From assembly GCA_013265495.1 (NCBI GenBank), contig MU058444.1, positions 1 through 64,000 of the forward strand: DNA of 64,000 nucleotides, read 5' to 3'. Positions 27,336 through 39,800 of this stretch are shown in pieces. The notes below the pieces were generated by a model that was not told the origin of the DNA, did no database searches, and saw nothing but the letters and a program-made list of their open reading frames with translations. The translations under genes were made by a program, and so were the position numbers. Each line of letters begins with the position of its first letter. Within the stretch, counting starts at the first letter, position 1. This DNA comes from Vicugna vicugna. Its lineage: Eukaryota.

Positions 27336-28058
27336 GCAGGTGAGACCCATAGCTTTTTTTCCTCCTAATGTCTACTTTTATTTTTAAAAAAACTCAGTAG
27401 TAATAAATTCCAACATGTTTATGTGTTATGTATACATTCTGTCTGCTTTCTCGCAGCTTAGCGTTTGTGCAATAGTTAATCAGGGACAGAGTGGAATTCC
27501 AGAGTTTTATAGTGCCCTAAGCCTTCAAAAACGATGTGAAAATATTTGCTAGAACAATAAACACAAAATGGAAAGATGTAATTACATATAATAATTTCCA
27601 ACAATGCGACTATTTCAGCGATTCCCCTTAACCCTTAATTAAATAAGACAGCATCTTTCTCCAAGCATGGAATCCACAGCTGTAACTGGTCATGTTAGGC
27701 TGCAAGCTTATTTCCAAGCCTGTTTTAAATGAGAGTAGAAATAAAATAGATTTCAATACAGAATTTCATTTTACAGTAACTTTGTTTGGGATTTTTCTCT
27801 CTGTGAATTAGGAAATACTTGTAAATCAGGAAAACAAAATAAGAAGGCAATTGCAGAATTGACCCATAGAGGGCACTGTTACTTAAGTCCAGAGGGAAAA
27901 CCTTGTGCTGTGGAAAAGGGAAGAAATACCAGCTCTGGAACAGACCTGAGACAGCATTGAGATTTTATCCCTGATTTAGCAAAGGAGACATTTGAGGTCC
28001 AGAGGGAGCGGGTGACTAATGCCACCTCTTGGTTTCGGTTATGCCAGTGGGTCATATC

Positions 28059-28517
28059 TTTTTTTTTATTGAAGTATAGTCAGTTTACAATGTTGTGTCA
28101 ATTTCTTGTGTCTAGCATCATGTTTCATACATACACATACATAGATTCCTTTTCATATTCTTTTTCATTATAGGTTACTGCAAGATACTGAGTGTAATCC
28201 CCTGTGCTGTACAGAAGAAACTTGTTTATTTATTTTATATACAGTAGTTAGCATCTGCAAATCTGGGTCCCCCAATTTATCTCTTCCCACCCCCTTTACC
28301 CCCTGGTGACCGTAAGTTTTTTCTCTATGTCTGTGAGTCTGTTTGCTTTGTAAATAAGTTTATTTGTGTCTTTGTTTAGATTCCACATATAAGCGATATC
28401 ATATGATATTTTTCTTTCTCTTTCTGGCTTACTTCATTTAGAATGATGATCTCCAGGTCCATCCATGTTGCTGTAAATTGCATTATTTTATTCTTTTTTA
28501 TGGCTGAGTAGTACTCC

Positions 28518-28556
<39 letters not shown>

Positions 28557-29662
28557 CTTTTTTATCTAGGTATCTGTTGATGGACATTTTAGGTTGTTTC
28601 CATGTCTCGGCTATTGTAAATAGTGCTGCTATGAACACTGGGGTGCACGTGTCTTTTCAAATTAGAATTTTCTGTGAATATATGCCCAGGAGTGGGATTG
28701 CTGGATCATAGGGTAAGTCTATTTTTAGTTTTTAAAGGAACCTCCATTCTGTCGTCCGTAGTGGCTGCATTACCACCGACAGTGTAGGAGGGTTCCTTTT
28801 TTTCACACTCTCTCCAGCATTTATTATTGGTAAACTTTTTTTAAAATGTTCTCAAGATTTTGCAATCTTCTAAGGATATAAAAACATAAATAACTACAGT
28901 GATTTCTGATTTTTATATAGCCATTTACACAAAGTGATGTGCTGATAACATGTACTGGTGTTACTGTGTCCGTAAGTAAAATATTAGAATACTTAGCATG
29001 CGCATTTATAGATCTGCTCTGAGCCCCAGCTGCCACAGCTTTGACCCTTCCCTGGAGCTTCCCATGATTCACCAATGAAACGATTAATTCCTTATGAAAA
29101 GAGGCCCTCAGCTTCATTACCAAGCTCAGTGTCCTTTCTGACTGTTGGATGCCCATTTTATTTCAGACGTTGTTAAATATTTTGGATTTTACTGATGAAC
29201 TTACAGTATCATCAATATAATGAAGTGGAAAGTGTATTAGAGCACGTGCTTTTGGATCTGTAGACTTTTGAATGATGGCCATTCTAACTGGTATGAGGTG
29301 ATACCTCATTGTAGTTTTGATTTGCATGTCTCTGATAATTGGTGATGTTGGGTGTCTTTCCGTGTGCCTGTTGGCCATCTGGATGTCTTCTTTGGAGAGG
29401 TGTCTGTTTCGGTCTTCTGCCCATTTTTTGATTAGGTTGCTTGTTTTATTGATATAAAGCTATATGAGCTGTTTGTCTGTTTAGGAAATTAGTCCCTTGT
29501 CGATCACATCATTTGCAAATATGTAGATTGTCTTTCCGTTTTGTTGATGGTATCCTTAGCTGTGCAAAGGCTTTTAAGTTTAATTAAGTCTCATTTGTTT
29601 ATTTTTGCTTTCATTTCCATTATTGTAGGAGCTGGTTTGAAAAAAATATTGGCTGTGATTTA
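28059..29662 (-). mobile_element. 5'-truncated L1 containing (GT)n at 28521-28554 and a foreign insert at 28840-29255
   Basis: poly-T, antisense 3' UTR and ORF2 C-terminus ([26 protein letters not shown]). Confidence 0.88.
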
Positions 29663-30439
29663 GGGTTATTTACATTTTTGTTTTTAAAGCCAATTTCAGA
29701 CGCTCTCCACCAAGAGTCTGGACTATGACAAACTTCTCTACTTTGCATTAAGGCCAATCATATTCAGAACTCATGGTTTTAGGTTGGAAAAATTTTTTAA
29801 AAAAGGTTCTAGGGAACTCACCAGGACTGTGTTTTGGGAGGTGACAACTAAGGATAGACAAACATATGAGAACGTGTTCACGTTTCATTTTCTCTGCCCA
29901 GAAATTTTAGTTCCTAAGTCATCGATTATAATTGTTTTTTTTCCTCTTGATGTCTCCCATTGCACTCTCAGAGGGGTAAATTACTTCCAAGGGGACCATT
30001 AAGAAAATATAATAGTAGAAAGCAGATGCAGGCTGTGTCACATTTAATATAGTGGTGTCCTCTGACTCTCCAGGGCTGAAGGGCAGGGAGGGACACTGCC
30101 TGCCTGAACGGGTCAGCTACGTGCTTTTAAGTGCACAGTCTCATTTCTGCCCCCAGGGCAGCTCTGCAGAGTAGTCCTACACCTGTCCATTTCACAGATG
30201 AAATATCGAGACAAAGGAGTGATGTCACCCACTGTCACCCAGCCAGCACTTAGAAATCCTGTGTCACAAATCCTCAAGTCCACACTCTTGCTTTTATACT
30301 AGAAGTACTCGTATCCCGTCCTGACAAATTGCCTAAGGGCTTCAGAACACGATACTTTTGACTGAGATGTTAGCTCTTCCACTGCTCTCATGGATGCCAT
30401 GATGGAAGTATGTTATATTTGAAAGGTCTAAAAATGCAG

Positions 30440-30690
30440 TTCTTTCCTTTAGAAGTTTATGGTTTCAGGTCTTACCTTCAAGTCTTTAACCCATTTTGAG
30501 TTAATTTTTATGTATAAGATAGCAGTCTAATTCCATTCTTTCTCATGTGGCTGTCCAGTTTTCCCAGCACCATCTGTGGAAGAGACAGTCCTTCCCCCAT
30601 TGTATATTCTTGGCTCTTTTGTCGTAAATCAGTTGACCAACTGTGGGTTTATTTCTGGGCTCTCCAGTCTGTCTGCTTGGATTACCAGTT
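30440..30690 (-). mobile_element. L1 ORF2 fragment
   Basis: [28 protein letters not shown] on the minus strand. Confidence 0.8.
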
Positions 30691-32313
30691 TTGTAATGTG
30701 GCTTGAACACAGACAAAGCTGGAGACACCATTGCTCTTGATGTATCTTCCGTATTTTATGTTTTGTTTCATAACATGTTAAGAGTGAAAGGGACCTGAGG
30801 GGTTATCCAGCCAATTTCAGCCTCTACTTAACAAGAAAATGCAAAGAGAGTGTATGTTTCTCAGCCAAGGTTGCCCACGCACCCGGGTCTCCTCCCTTCC
30901 CGTCCAGGCCTCATCAGTTCCCTCCCAGTGCCCACTTTTCTAAGCATCACCTGGCATGTCTGTTCAGGAGTGTTGACAGGGAATGTTAAATATTTACACA
31001 AAAGCATAATGGAGAGGCAAGGGCAGCTGGTGGCTTATCTTCAGGGAATGTGGGGGAGACTTAACCTAAACGGAGAGTTTATTAGCAAAGTCTCTAAGAA
31101 CTTTGCAGTGAAATAGCCTGTTTACAGTTCGGAAAAGGGCCCCTTCCCCAGTCGAGATCTGATGCCCTGGCATCACAGACATGTCCCATGTCCCTCTCCC
31201 CACGTCAGGCCACCCGCTATTTGAAGGATACTTCCACGTTTTCTCTGCAAGGTCCCCAAGAAACCTCCCGAGACACAACCTGCATGTCTCAGTTAACGTT
31301 TGTGTGGATGGTGGCTTAGGAGGAGGTGGCCAAGGCCAGCTGCCTGCACTGAGAGACAGAAAGACGACCTCAGGCAGGAGCCAGGTGTCAGGGGCAGAGG
31401 CATCCTGGGACCAGGAGGAAACATCTTATTCATCCAGGAGACCTGATGGGCAGGAAACAAAACTTTGGGTGAGAAGCGGCCACGTGAGGGTTGGAGTGCC
31501 TGGTCTCAGCACAGCGATTTCCGAGAAAAAGCCCTCTTTGCTTATCTCCCTGTTTATCGTTCTGATCCCAAAGTCCTGACTCCTCAGCTGTGTTCAGGGG
31601 TAAAGCTCACGAGAGGCAGTGCTTGCTTTCTGTCTTGGATACAGACTAGGTGCCACTGCCTGGTTTTCCGATCCACACATTAGACTCAAAGACAATTGTC
31701 ATTTGAGACTTAAAATTGCTTTGTGCAAAACTGAGGTTCAGAAAGTGATCGAAGTCCTTGTTATTCAGCGTGGCCCACAGATGGGCAGTGTCAGTATTAA
31801 GAGGGGGGCTTCTTAGAAATGCAGAAATGAGGGTCCCCTACCCCAGGCTCCCTGAGCCAGGACAGGCACTTTATAAGACACGTGTACACTAAGCACTGCC
31901 TCAGGATCGTTCAGATAAAGTGGTCGAATCAGATGAGTTCTGACAGAAGGGGATGGACCAGATGAACTGGGGATGGGGGCAGGACAGGGATGTTGACCCA
32001 ATGACAGGGGCTGGAAACGGCTCTTGGCAGAACCTGCTGATTCAGTCTAAGTGCGCTGACACTGGTGTGCACACAGCACCCTGGTGCCTGGTGATTCACC
32101 GTGTGACCACTGACACAGCACGGAGACAGTTTAGAGTAAAAGAAACATTCACTTCCAGTGGTCCTTCCCCCCGCCCCCCCACAACAGGAGCGGAGGGCTG
32201 GAGATGAGGCATCTGTTATCATCTGGGCTAATTAAAAAAAACAAACCCCACTGCCCTCTGTTTAGTTGTAGAATTCACACATTCGAGAGTTTTCACAATG
32301 CTAATTCCATTCT

Positions 32314-32319
32314 TTTATT
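32314..32319 (-). terminator. distal polyadenylation signal AATAAA of GCLC
   Basis: plus-strand tttatt; TGTA elements upstream (~32350-32366) and a GU/U-rich tract downstream (~32230-32252) on the minus strand. Confidence 0.7.
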
Positions 32320-32473
32320 TCCTCATACCACAAACATTTCACTCCCTTTTTACAACCTGAATTTACACAAGCAAATTGCAAATGGAAAACAGGCATTCGT
32401 TTATCTTCCAAAATGCATGTATGAAATTTAGCACAAATCCTAGTATTTATACATTAACAGGCTTAGCTGCAGC

Positions 32474-32479
32474 TTTATT
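32474..32479 (-). terminator. proximal candidate polyadenylation signal AATAAA
   Basis: plus-strand tttatt within the 3' UTR. Confidence 0.5.
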
Positions 32480-33669
32480 GCAATTTCCTAAAATTAGCAT
32501 TAGTTTAAATATTTATGTCTATAAAGTTTGTATAATCTACTATACATAGTTATTTCAGAAGCAGTTAAGACTTTTCATTAATTGGAAAGAAAAACTTCAA
32601 CAGAAAGCTCTAACAATTGTGTGAAACTTAAGTTATTTACAATTAAACATTTAGGGCCCTGATTCACAAAACTTAGTGCAGATCATGATTTCTTGATGAG
32701 TTTTACAGAGAAGGTAAGGAGTATGTAGAATATCCCCCAGGTCAAATCTAGGATGAATGGCTTTTGGAAGAATGTCACGTGCCACTGGAAATGAGAGCTA
32801 AAGTAACGAAAACTTCAGCAACCGCATTTGATTTGAAAATTTGTACGCGGGGGCCACGACAGAACAGCTGGTGTCATTCTGGACATTCCTCCTGGTATGT
32901 ACAAGGTGAAAAACGATTCTCCTTTTTTCACACACACAAAAAATAGTATTGCCTCCCATAATCACTAGTGAACTCAGTCTTTCTTCCTACAGCGTTGTCT
33001 TTTGACTTAATGCCCAAAGCAGCAAATTTAAACAAAGCAGGACTGTCAGCTCAATGGGTTCTGTTCAGTTGTGAAGGCTTGAGGGACAGGGTTACCGAGC
33101 GGTTAGCTATTATCACAGGGAAGGTGCCCGAAATCCAAGATTTCCCTTGAAACACTTGAGTGGCCTCTGTAGTGATTTAACGTGTACGCCAAAGGAAACG
33201 ACTCAAGGAAAATGAACAGGATTCAAACTGGTTTTAAAGCGAAGTGACAGATTTCAGTGAATCAGGTCCCAGGTAAAGTCTTTAAAAAAACAAACCACCA
33301 ACCTAACAAAAACAAACCCAAATGTACAGTACACATTTTAAACTCTGGAATGCAGGTATAGTACAATTAATTACCAGTACATGACATTTACAAAACTGCT
33401 TACACAGTAGGCGTTCCAGAGTAAGAAGTGAGAAATGTACAAGCCGTTCACGATGACTTTAGATACAGTGTTATTAAAATACATTGTTAATCATAAAAAT
33501 ACTTTACTCTGTACATGTACACTGTATAAACTCTAGGTTTGCCTAGCTGAAGGAAGCCTCTAGACCCACTTCTGGCGAGCGGCCCAGGACAGCGCTGCGC
33601 TTCGAGCCAATGTTCACACCAGCCCCGCGAGCCGGGACATGGTGACGCACTTTCCCTGCCGCGGGATGT

Positions 33670-33881
33670 CTAGTTGGAAGGGTCGGTTTTACTTCCACTA
33701 TATTTTACTTTCCTAAATGCTGGTCCAAGTAACTCTGGGCATTCACATAATTCGTTTGCAATTTGGTTACACTTTAAAAGAAGGCTATAGTTTATTTCGT
33801 CAGTGATGACACTGTCTTGCTTGTAGTCAGGATGCTTTGCGATAAACTCCCTCATCCACCTGGCAACTGTCATTAATTCTC
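33670..33881 (-). CDS. GCLC: GCLC exon 16 coding part to TAG stop
   Basis: ttttcag|GA GAA TTA ATG... [69 protein letters not shown]. Confidence 0.97.
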
Positions 33882-36800
33882 CTGAAAAAAAATGTTACAA
33901 CTTAATAGTATAGTGGTTTTTTTTTTTCCTTTAATAAGGTGACATTTCGTGGCCAACATAACACCACCCTGAAGAAAAATCAATCTGGTGTCTTGGTGTC
34001 ACTGCCTGGCAGGGGCTGGGAACAAGTTTCCTGGAATGCTGGGAGAGTTCCCCCCCTTCAGTGCTGCGGGCAGGCAGCTAGAACACACACCTCCCACTGC
34101 CATGGTACCTGTTAGATGCCACCCACCCAGTGACACTGCCAGCTCTTAAGGAACAGGAGCCAACGTGCAGCTGAAGGTTCAGACTGGCTGTGCTGGCACC
34201 ATGAGCCTGCCTCAGGACAGGAGGGTCCCGTGTACCCAGAGCCATCTCTGATCACAGAGGCGGAGGGTATATGCACTGAGAAACCAGCAGGTACAGCATC
34301 TGAGGTGTAGATCCTGGGTGACTCAAAGAATTTTACAAAGAAGCCTCGAGTGAAACCCAGATGCCATCACCATCATGACTAACCCCTCGATCACAACTGA
34401 CAGCTCCCTGTGCCAGGCACGTGTGGGGCACCGCCATTGTGATTTTCTCCAAGCCAACAACGAAGCAGGTGCCTGGAGGTGGGCCGCGGGGCCCAGCGTC
34501 CTAGCCACGTGGCTTAGTTACCCTGCAGCCTGACTGAGACTCACTGTAAAGAGAGCCCATGGTGACGTCCCCCACACACAGCTGGGCACTGATGACAAAT
34601 AGGCAATTGAGAGACTGGACTTCACTGCCTAAGATGCCATCGGCTAGAAGATGCAATGCTATGTCATAAACCAGTAAGAAAAAAAGCACTGTTAATTCAA
34701 CTGTGACTGTCAAGGATGTAAGGTGGATCCAGCTAAAGGGATGTTACAGTGTGGGAACGGCACACTGTAAAAGACTACTTTAAAGACCCAATGTTGTAAG
34801 ACTGTGAGGTTCTGCCTGTATTAAGAGATGTTTTAAAAATAAAAAAAAGCAAAAGACACAGTACCGGATGCTCTCTTCTTGATCAGCTTCAGGTAGTTGA
34901 GAATACTGCATCTGGTGTCCACATCCACCTCCATGTTCTCCAGGTAAGAGTTCAGGATGGGGATCAGCCCGGGGAACACGCCTTCCTATGGGAAGCAGGC
35001 TATGAGGTTGGCTGGGTCTTGAGCCCGGGGGCACAGCGGTAGGAAGGGTGGGGAGGGCGTGGGTGCGGGATGGGGCGCCCGAGGGTGCAGGTGTGCGGGG
35101 CTGGGGGGGCGATGGTCATGAGCGCGTACTCCTCGGCCGCCGGCTCCGCGCCCGCCGCCTTGCCGCAGCCGTCCACCACGGCGCTGCCACCTGCCGGAGG
35201 GGCGCAGAGGGCGTGAGCGGCTGGCGCGGGCCCGGGGGCCCCCAGAAATGCAAGAGAGCGCAGTACCTTTGCAGATGTCTTTTCTGAAATAAAACCTGTC
35301 CCGCAGGACGGCATCTCGCTTCTGAGCCACTTTCATGTTCTCGTCCACCTACGGGAGAAGGACAGGCGCGGCCACGTCAGCACATTCCAGCTGCGCCGGG
35401 AGGCCGGGGACTCGCGCCTGGCGAAGCCGACCTCCCCTCCAGGGCTCGCGGGAGCCGAGGTCAGACTTCTCACTTCAGTTCAGTGTGGGGCAGGGGCCTC
35501 TGCCACAGGCTGGGGTATGCTTTTTTAGTAACAAAGGGGGAATTCTAAGAGAAGCTCACCTTAAACATCAAAGTGAAAACCTACGCTCCCCAGACTGTCC
35601 ACACTTTGAGGCGCCTTCGGGACCGCCGGGGATGAACGTTTGGTGTTGGGAGGGCGGGGGCTGGTTCCCATGGAAACAGCCCCTTATTTCTATCAGGAAA
35701 TCTCTGGGGACGCTTCACAGACAGAAACGAGCTGGAGGGCCATGTGGAAGTGGGGTGGACAGTGCAAAGTCTTCAGTTACTTAGCTTTGCCCCTCATACT
35801 CATTAACTTCTGTTGTTTCAAATTTGGGGGGGGGTAAGTAGGTTACTTATTTTTTCAATGGAGGCACTGGGGATTGAACCCTGGACCTCGTGTAAGCACG
35901 GGCTCTACCACTGAGCTATACCCTCCCCCTTTGTTGTTCTTTAAAGACATATTAATCTGAAGCTCATATCTAGATACTTCTAGAAACTTATTCAAGTAAT
36001 AGCCTAAAATTTTATCATGGCTAGGAACAGCTGGTTTCATTTCTAATAGTATTTGCATTTTTCTTAGTCTTGACAAAAATTTATTAAAGTCACTGGTTTT
36101 GTTTTGATTTCTGCTTTTATGAATTCCTTTTCTGTTCTTTAGATTCTTAACTTAGCTGCTTAGGTTTAAAGCTACGATTTTCCCTTGGAAACTAGCTTTG
36201 CCGGCATCATTTCCCTATACAATCTGTAATTCTATATAATTTGTAATCCTAGTTTGGACGTAATCTAAAACCTATCAGAAAAACTAAAAGCTGTTAGAAA
36301 AACGATTTAAAATTTCCAGTGGTTAATTGTTGTTGCATTTTGGTGGGGGGTGTACCCTGTATGGTGTCTACTTTTGAGAAGTAAAAATCTTCCTTGATTA
36401 ATTTGTTATTCTTCCTCAGGGCATTTAAAAAAAGGTGTGCTGTGGTATGAGATCTCTGATACAGGTGACACAACCACCTTATTAACCATGTCACTTAACT
36501 CTCCTGTGGCCCTTCTCATTCTCTGAGCGTCATGACCTGTCAGTCACGGAGTAACACAGGCAAGGGACTTTGCTAAGTGCTTCACCTCCACGAATCCCAC
36601 CTGGCCTTGGAACAAACAGCCCCGTGTCTCCCTGTTTTACCTGCAAACTGAGCTGCACGGAGGGTAACTCACTCTGATTAAAAAGCTAGTAAGTAGTGCA
36701 GGTGATTTATGAATTTAGTGCCCACCCCAAACCTGTATCTTACCCACCATACTACAGTGTCTTTACATTCTCACCCTTCTGAGAAATGTTAACTATACTT

Positions 36801-39800
36801 TATGGTGAAACAAACAAATAAATAAATAAGAACCACAGCTTAATGTTATCTTGAAAGAAGATACAAAATTGCTTTCTGTATCTCACTGAAGACTTCCTCA
36901 CATTTTGCCTGTTGTTACTTTGTCTTTCTTGCTACCTTCTGTCTTTTTAAAAGGTCATCATGTAGCTCTTTCCCTTGTTTTAGGTATAATCTCATGCAAA
37001 CAGATCCCACTCCATTGCTTTTTTACACCATCTGTTTTAGCTTTGGAAGAGAAGAATTTAGTCTGCTCAGGTTTCTTTTCGTTTTCTTTAACCACTGCAT
37101 GTTCTCTGGGCTTTACTGTCTCAGCACGGCCGTAGCCCCAGAACCACTTTTGGGACACTAGTAAGTTTTCTTTGTTCTTCGCCCACCCCCTTTAGCTAGG
37201 AGATGAGAAGTGAACAAGTCCTATTTCTATACTATTAGTAGCTTTTCTTACTTTTGTGAAATTCTCTCTCTAGACATCAAGCATGAAATCTACCGTCCAC
37301 CTCCTTCCACTGTCCTCCTGCATTAGATAAGATTTCTGGCTTCCTTTCAGCCCTAATTTCATCTGTCATGTTAGAATCACTTGGAATTTAGACTAGTTTG
37401 GCTGGCTGCAGAGAAGCCCACAGTCCTAATTCTTTACCCTTCAGGATTCTATATAGACACCACTCCATCTCTTTTAGCATTTAATGTTTCAGATGAGAAA
37501 TGGTATCAGTCAATTTCTTCCCCTCTTCTTAGGGAAAAAGTTAATTTCTTCTGTCTGGATGGTTGATCTTCTCTTTGAAATTCAGAAATCCTTAGGTTTG
37601 GTTTCTTCTTTAAAGATTCCTGTCTTCTCCATAGTGAATTCTTTGACTTAGGGAAAATTCTATTATTTATTTTCCTTATTGTATCTCTTTTATACAGATC
37701 ATTCTCTTCTTCTAAATTATTATACAAATGATGCACCTTCCAGAGAAGTTCTCATGCTTTTCCTGTAATATCCATTTCTTTGCCATCTTGCTGGGGTGAA
37801 TCTCAGGTTAGTTCCCTAAATCGCTGACTCTGACCTTCAACAACACCTGCCTACCAGTGAGTGTGCAGTTTTAAAAGTGTGGCTACCATGTCCTTCGTTT
37901 CTGAGAACTCCTCTTTTCCTTGTTTACTTTAGCTGTGACCCTTCTCTAGAATTTCTTCAAGGGCACTAATGAGAATTTCTTTCAAAATTCTTCCGAGTTT
38001 CTTAATTAACTGTGGTTCACTGAGGATAACATACTCCACAGGCTCATGGCCCTTCTCTTTAAGGCTATTAAAAGTTTTCAGTTTTCTACTGACTTTCAGA
38101 CATCCACGGCTGACCCGTGAACAACGCAGATCCACTTACAATGCACGTGGATGTTTTCCGGTACTCAGTACTACAGTATTACACGATCTGCTGTGGGCTG
38201 AATTCCGGGATGTGGAGGATCCTGTGTAGGGAGGGCCGACTATCAGTTATATGCGGTTTTTTTGACTGCATGAGGGTCGGGTCGGAACCCCTAACCCCCT
38301 CATTTCCGAGGGTCACCCGTATTTAGTCATAAGCAAAGGCTTGGACTGGAAGCTTAAGTGGTCCACCTTACCTGGGCTGATCTCCCAGCGGGTGCACCAC
38401 AGGGCTAGCCCGGGCCCACAGAATCCTGCAGGCCACCTGGGGCCTGGTGGTGGCAGGCAGGTGCAGTCCCTCTGGGTGTGCAGGGGCGGGGGGGCACAGG
38501 TGCAGGGAGGAGGCAGTGAGGCACCTGGGGGGCCCTTTTATCCTTCCCTCCATCCTCGCTGAGACTACACTGCTGTCTCTCCTCACTGCCCGAAAACCTC
38601 AGCAGACCCTCACCCTGCCCGGCAGCCTGGCCCAGCCACTCTCTGTGCCAAGAGAGCCCATGGCCCGGGAACCACAGGCCTCTACCTACTGGGCTACTGC
38701 CCCGCAGCCTGCAAGCTTTGCTGCCCCGCGGCCTGGAACTGTTCCACGGCTCTGCCAGGAAACTGCTTCCAGAAAGCTCCTTTTTGGTCTCTGCTGGGCT
38801 GGGGCTGATTGACTCGGATTTGCTTTTCCGATGGCGGCAGGGCCACCTCCACCTGGGTTCCTCCGAGGTTCCCCGTGCCTTCACTACAGCAGTTACAGGT
38901 CCCTCCATCCCAAGTCTAACACCGTCTCCGGGACGGGATTAGAAAGGACGAAGTCCATTTGCGGGACTCCCTCCAGCCGTCCTCTCGAATCAAACGCCTC
39001 TAGGAATGAGCAGTTATTCAAATGCAACCCTAAAGGTCTTTCAAATGGGCTGAGTAAGGGGGCTACTTGTTTTCTAGGAGTCTCCACCAAAACTACCAAA
39101 ATCTATAGCATAAGCTTAGGTTTAAAAGGGGAAAGAAAAGGTTGGTGGAAGGATGAACATTTCACTCTAAAGGGTGAACAATTCTAAGTGCGGTCGAATG
39201 TGAAACAAATCCTGTATAGCAGTGAGCAGCCGACGGTCATCTCCGGATACCCACCCTACCCACCCTACACTGGAACTCGTCCTTACCTTTGACAGGGGAA
39301 TGAGGAAGTCCAGTTTATAGGACAGGATCACCCTGGTAAGTAGCACCACAAACACCACGTATGCAGAGTTCTCGAAGTCTGTCAACTGCACCTGGACGAG
39401 GAGCCGGGGGACGTCATGGACCAGCCGTGCAGACGCGCTCCTGCCCGACGCGCCCCCTCGGGTCCCCTCACTCCCGGCATCTCCCACCCGACCTGGCCCC
39501 GGAAGCCCTCTGCCCACAACGGCTTCTCAGGAAGCAGCCCTCCTGAGCAGCCAGGCTGATCTGTGCTGCCTTTGGTTAAGCTAAGCCTGTGACAGGGCAG
39601 GCGGAGGGGGGCGGGCGGCTGGGAATGGGCATCTGAGCTGGCTCCCACCGACGGCCTCGTACCTCCATGGGCCGGAATTCCACTCTCCATCCAATGTCGG
39701 AGTTTGGGGGAGGAGGCTTAAATCTCATCGTCTGCCAATTTGTGGACTGAATATTCTGTAATCAAAAGCTGAGAATGAAGCCAATTTCCCGCATGTTCAG

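Larger units (their letters stand above)
32290..33669 (-). other. GCLC: GCLC 3' UTR (about 1.4 kb, end approximate)
   Basis: AU-rich sequence with no recognisable repeat, running from the stop codon to two AATAAA hexamers. Confidence 0.75.
34960..35480. other. intragenic CpG-island-like, very GC-rich segment over GCLC exons 13-15
   Basis: dense CG dinucleotides and G-runs, judged by eye. Confidence 0.7.

Noticed and set aside
27345..27869. gacccatag direct repeat as TSD of another orphan insert
   Set aside because: Only 9 nt, and the right copy lacks the T-rich endonuclease end; likely chance.
35128..35180. Cryptic donors rescuing exon 14
   Set aside because: GA|GTACGC is in the wrong phase. 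GCC|GTGGTG and GTG|GTGGAC are in phase but weak and would leave 11-14 nt micro-exons.
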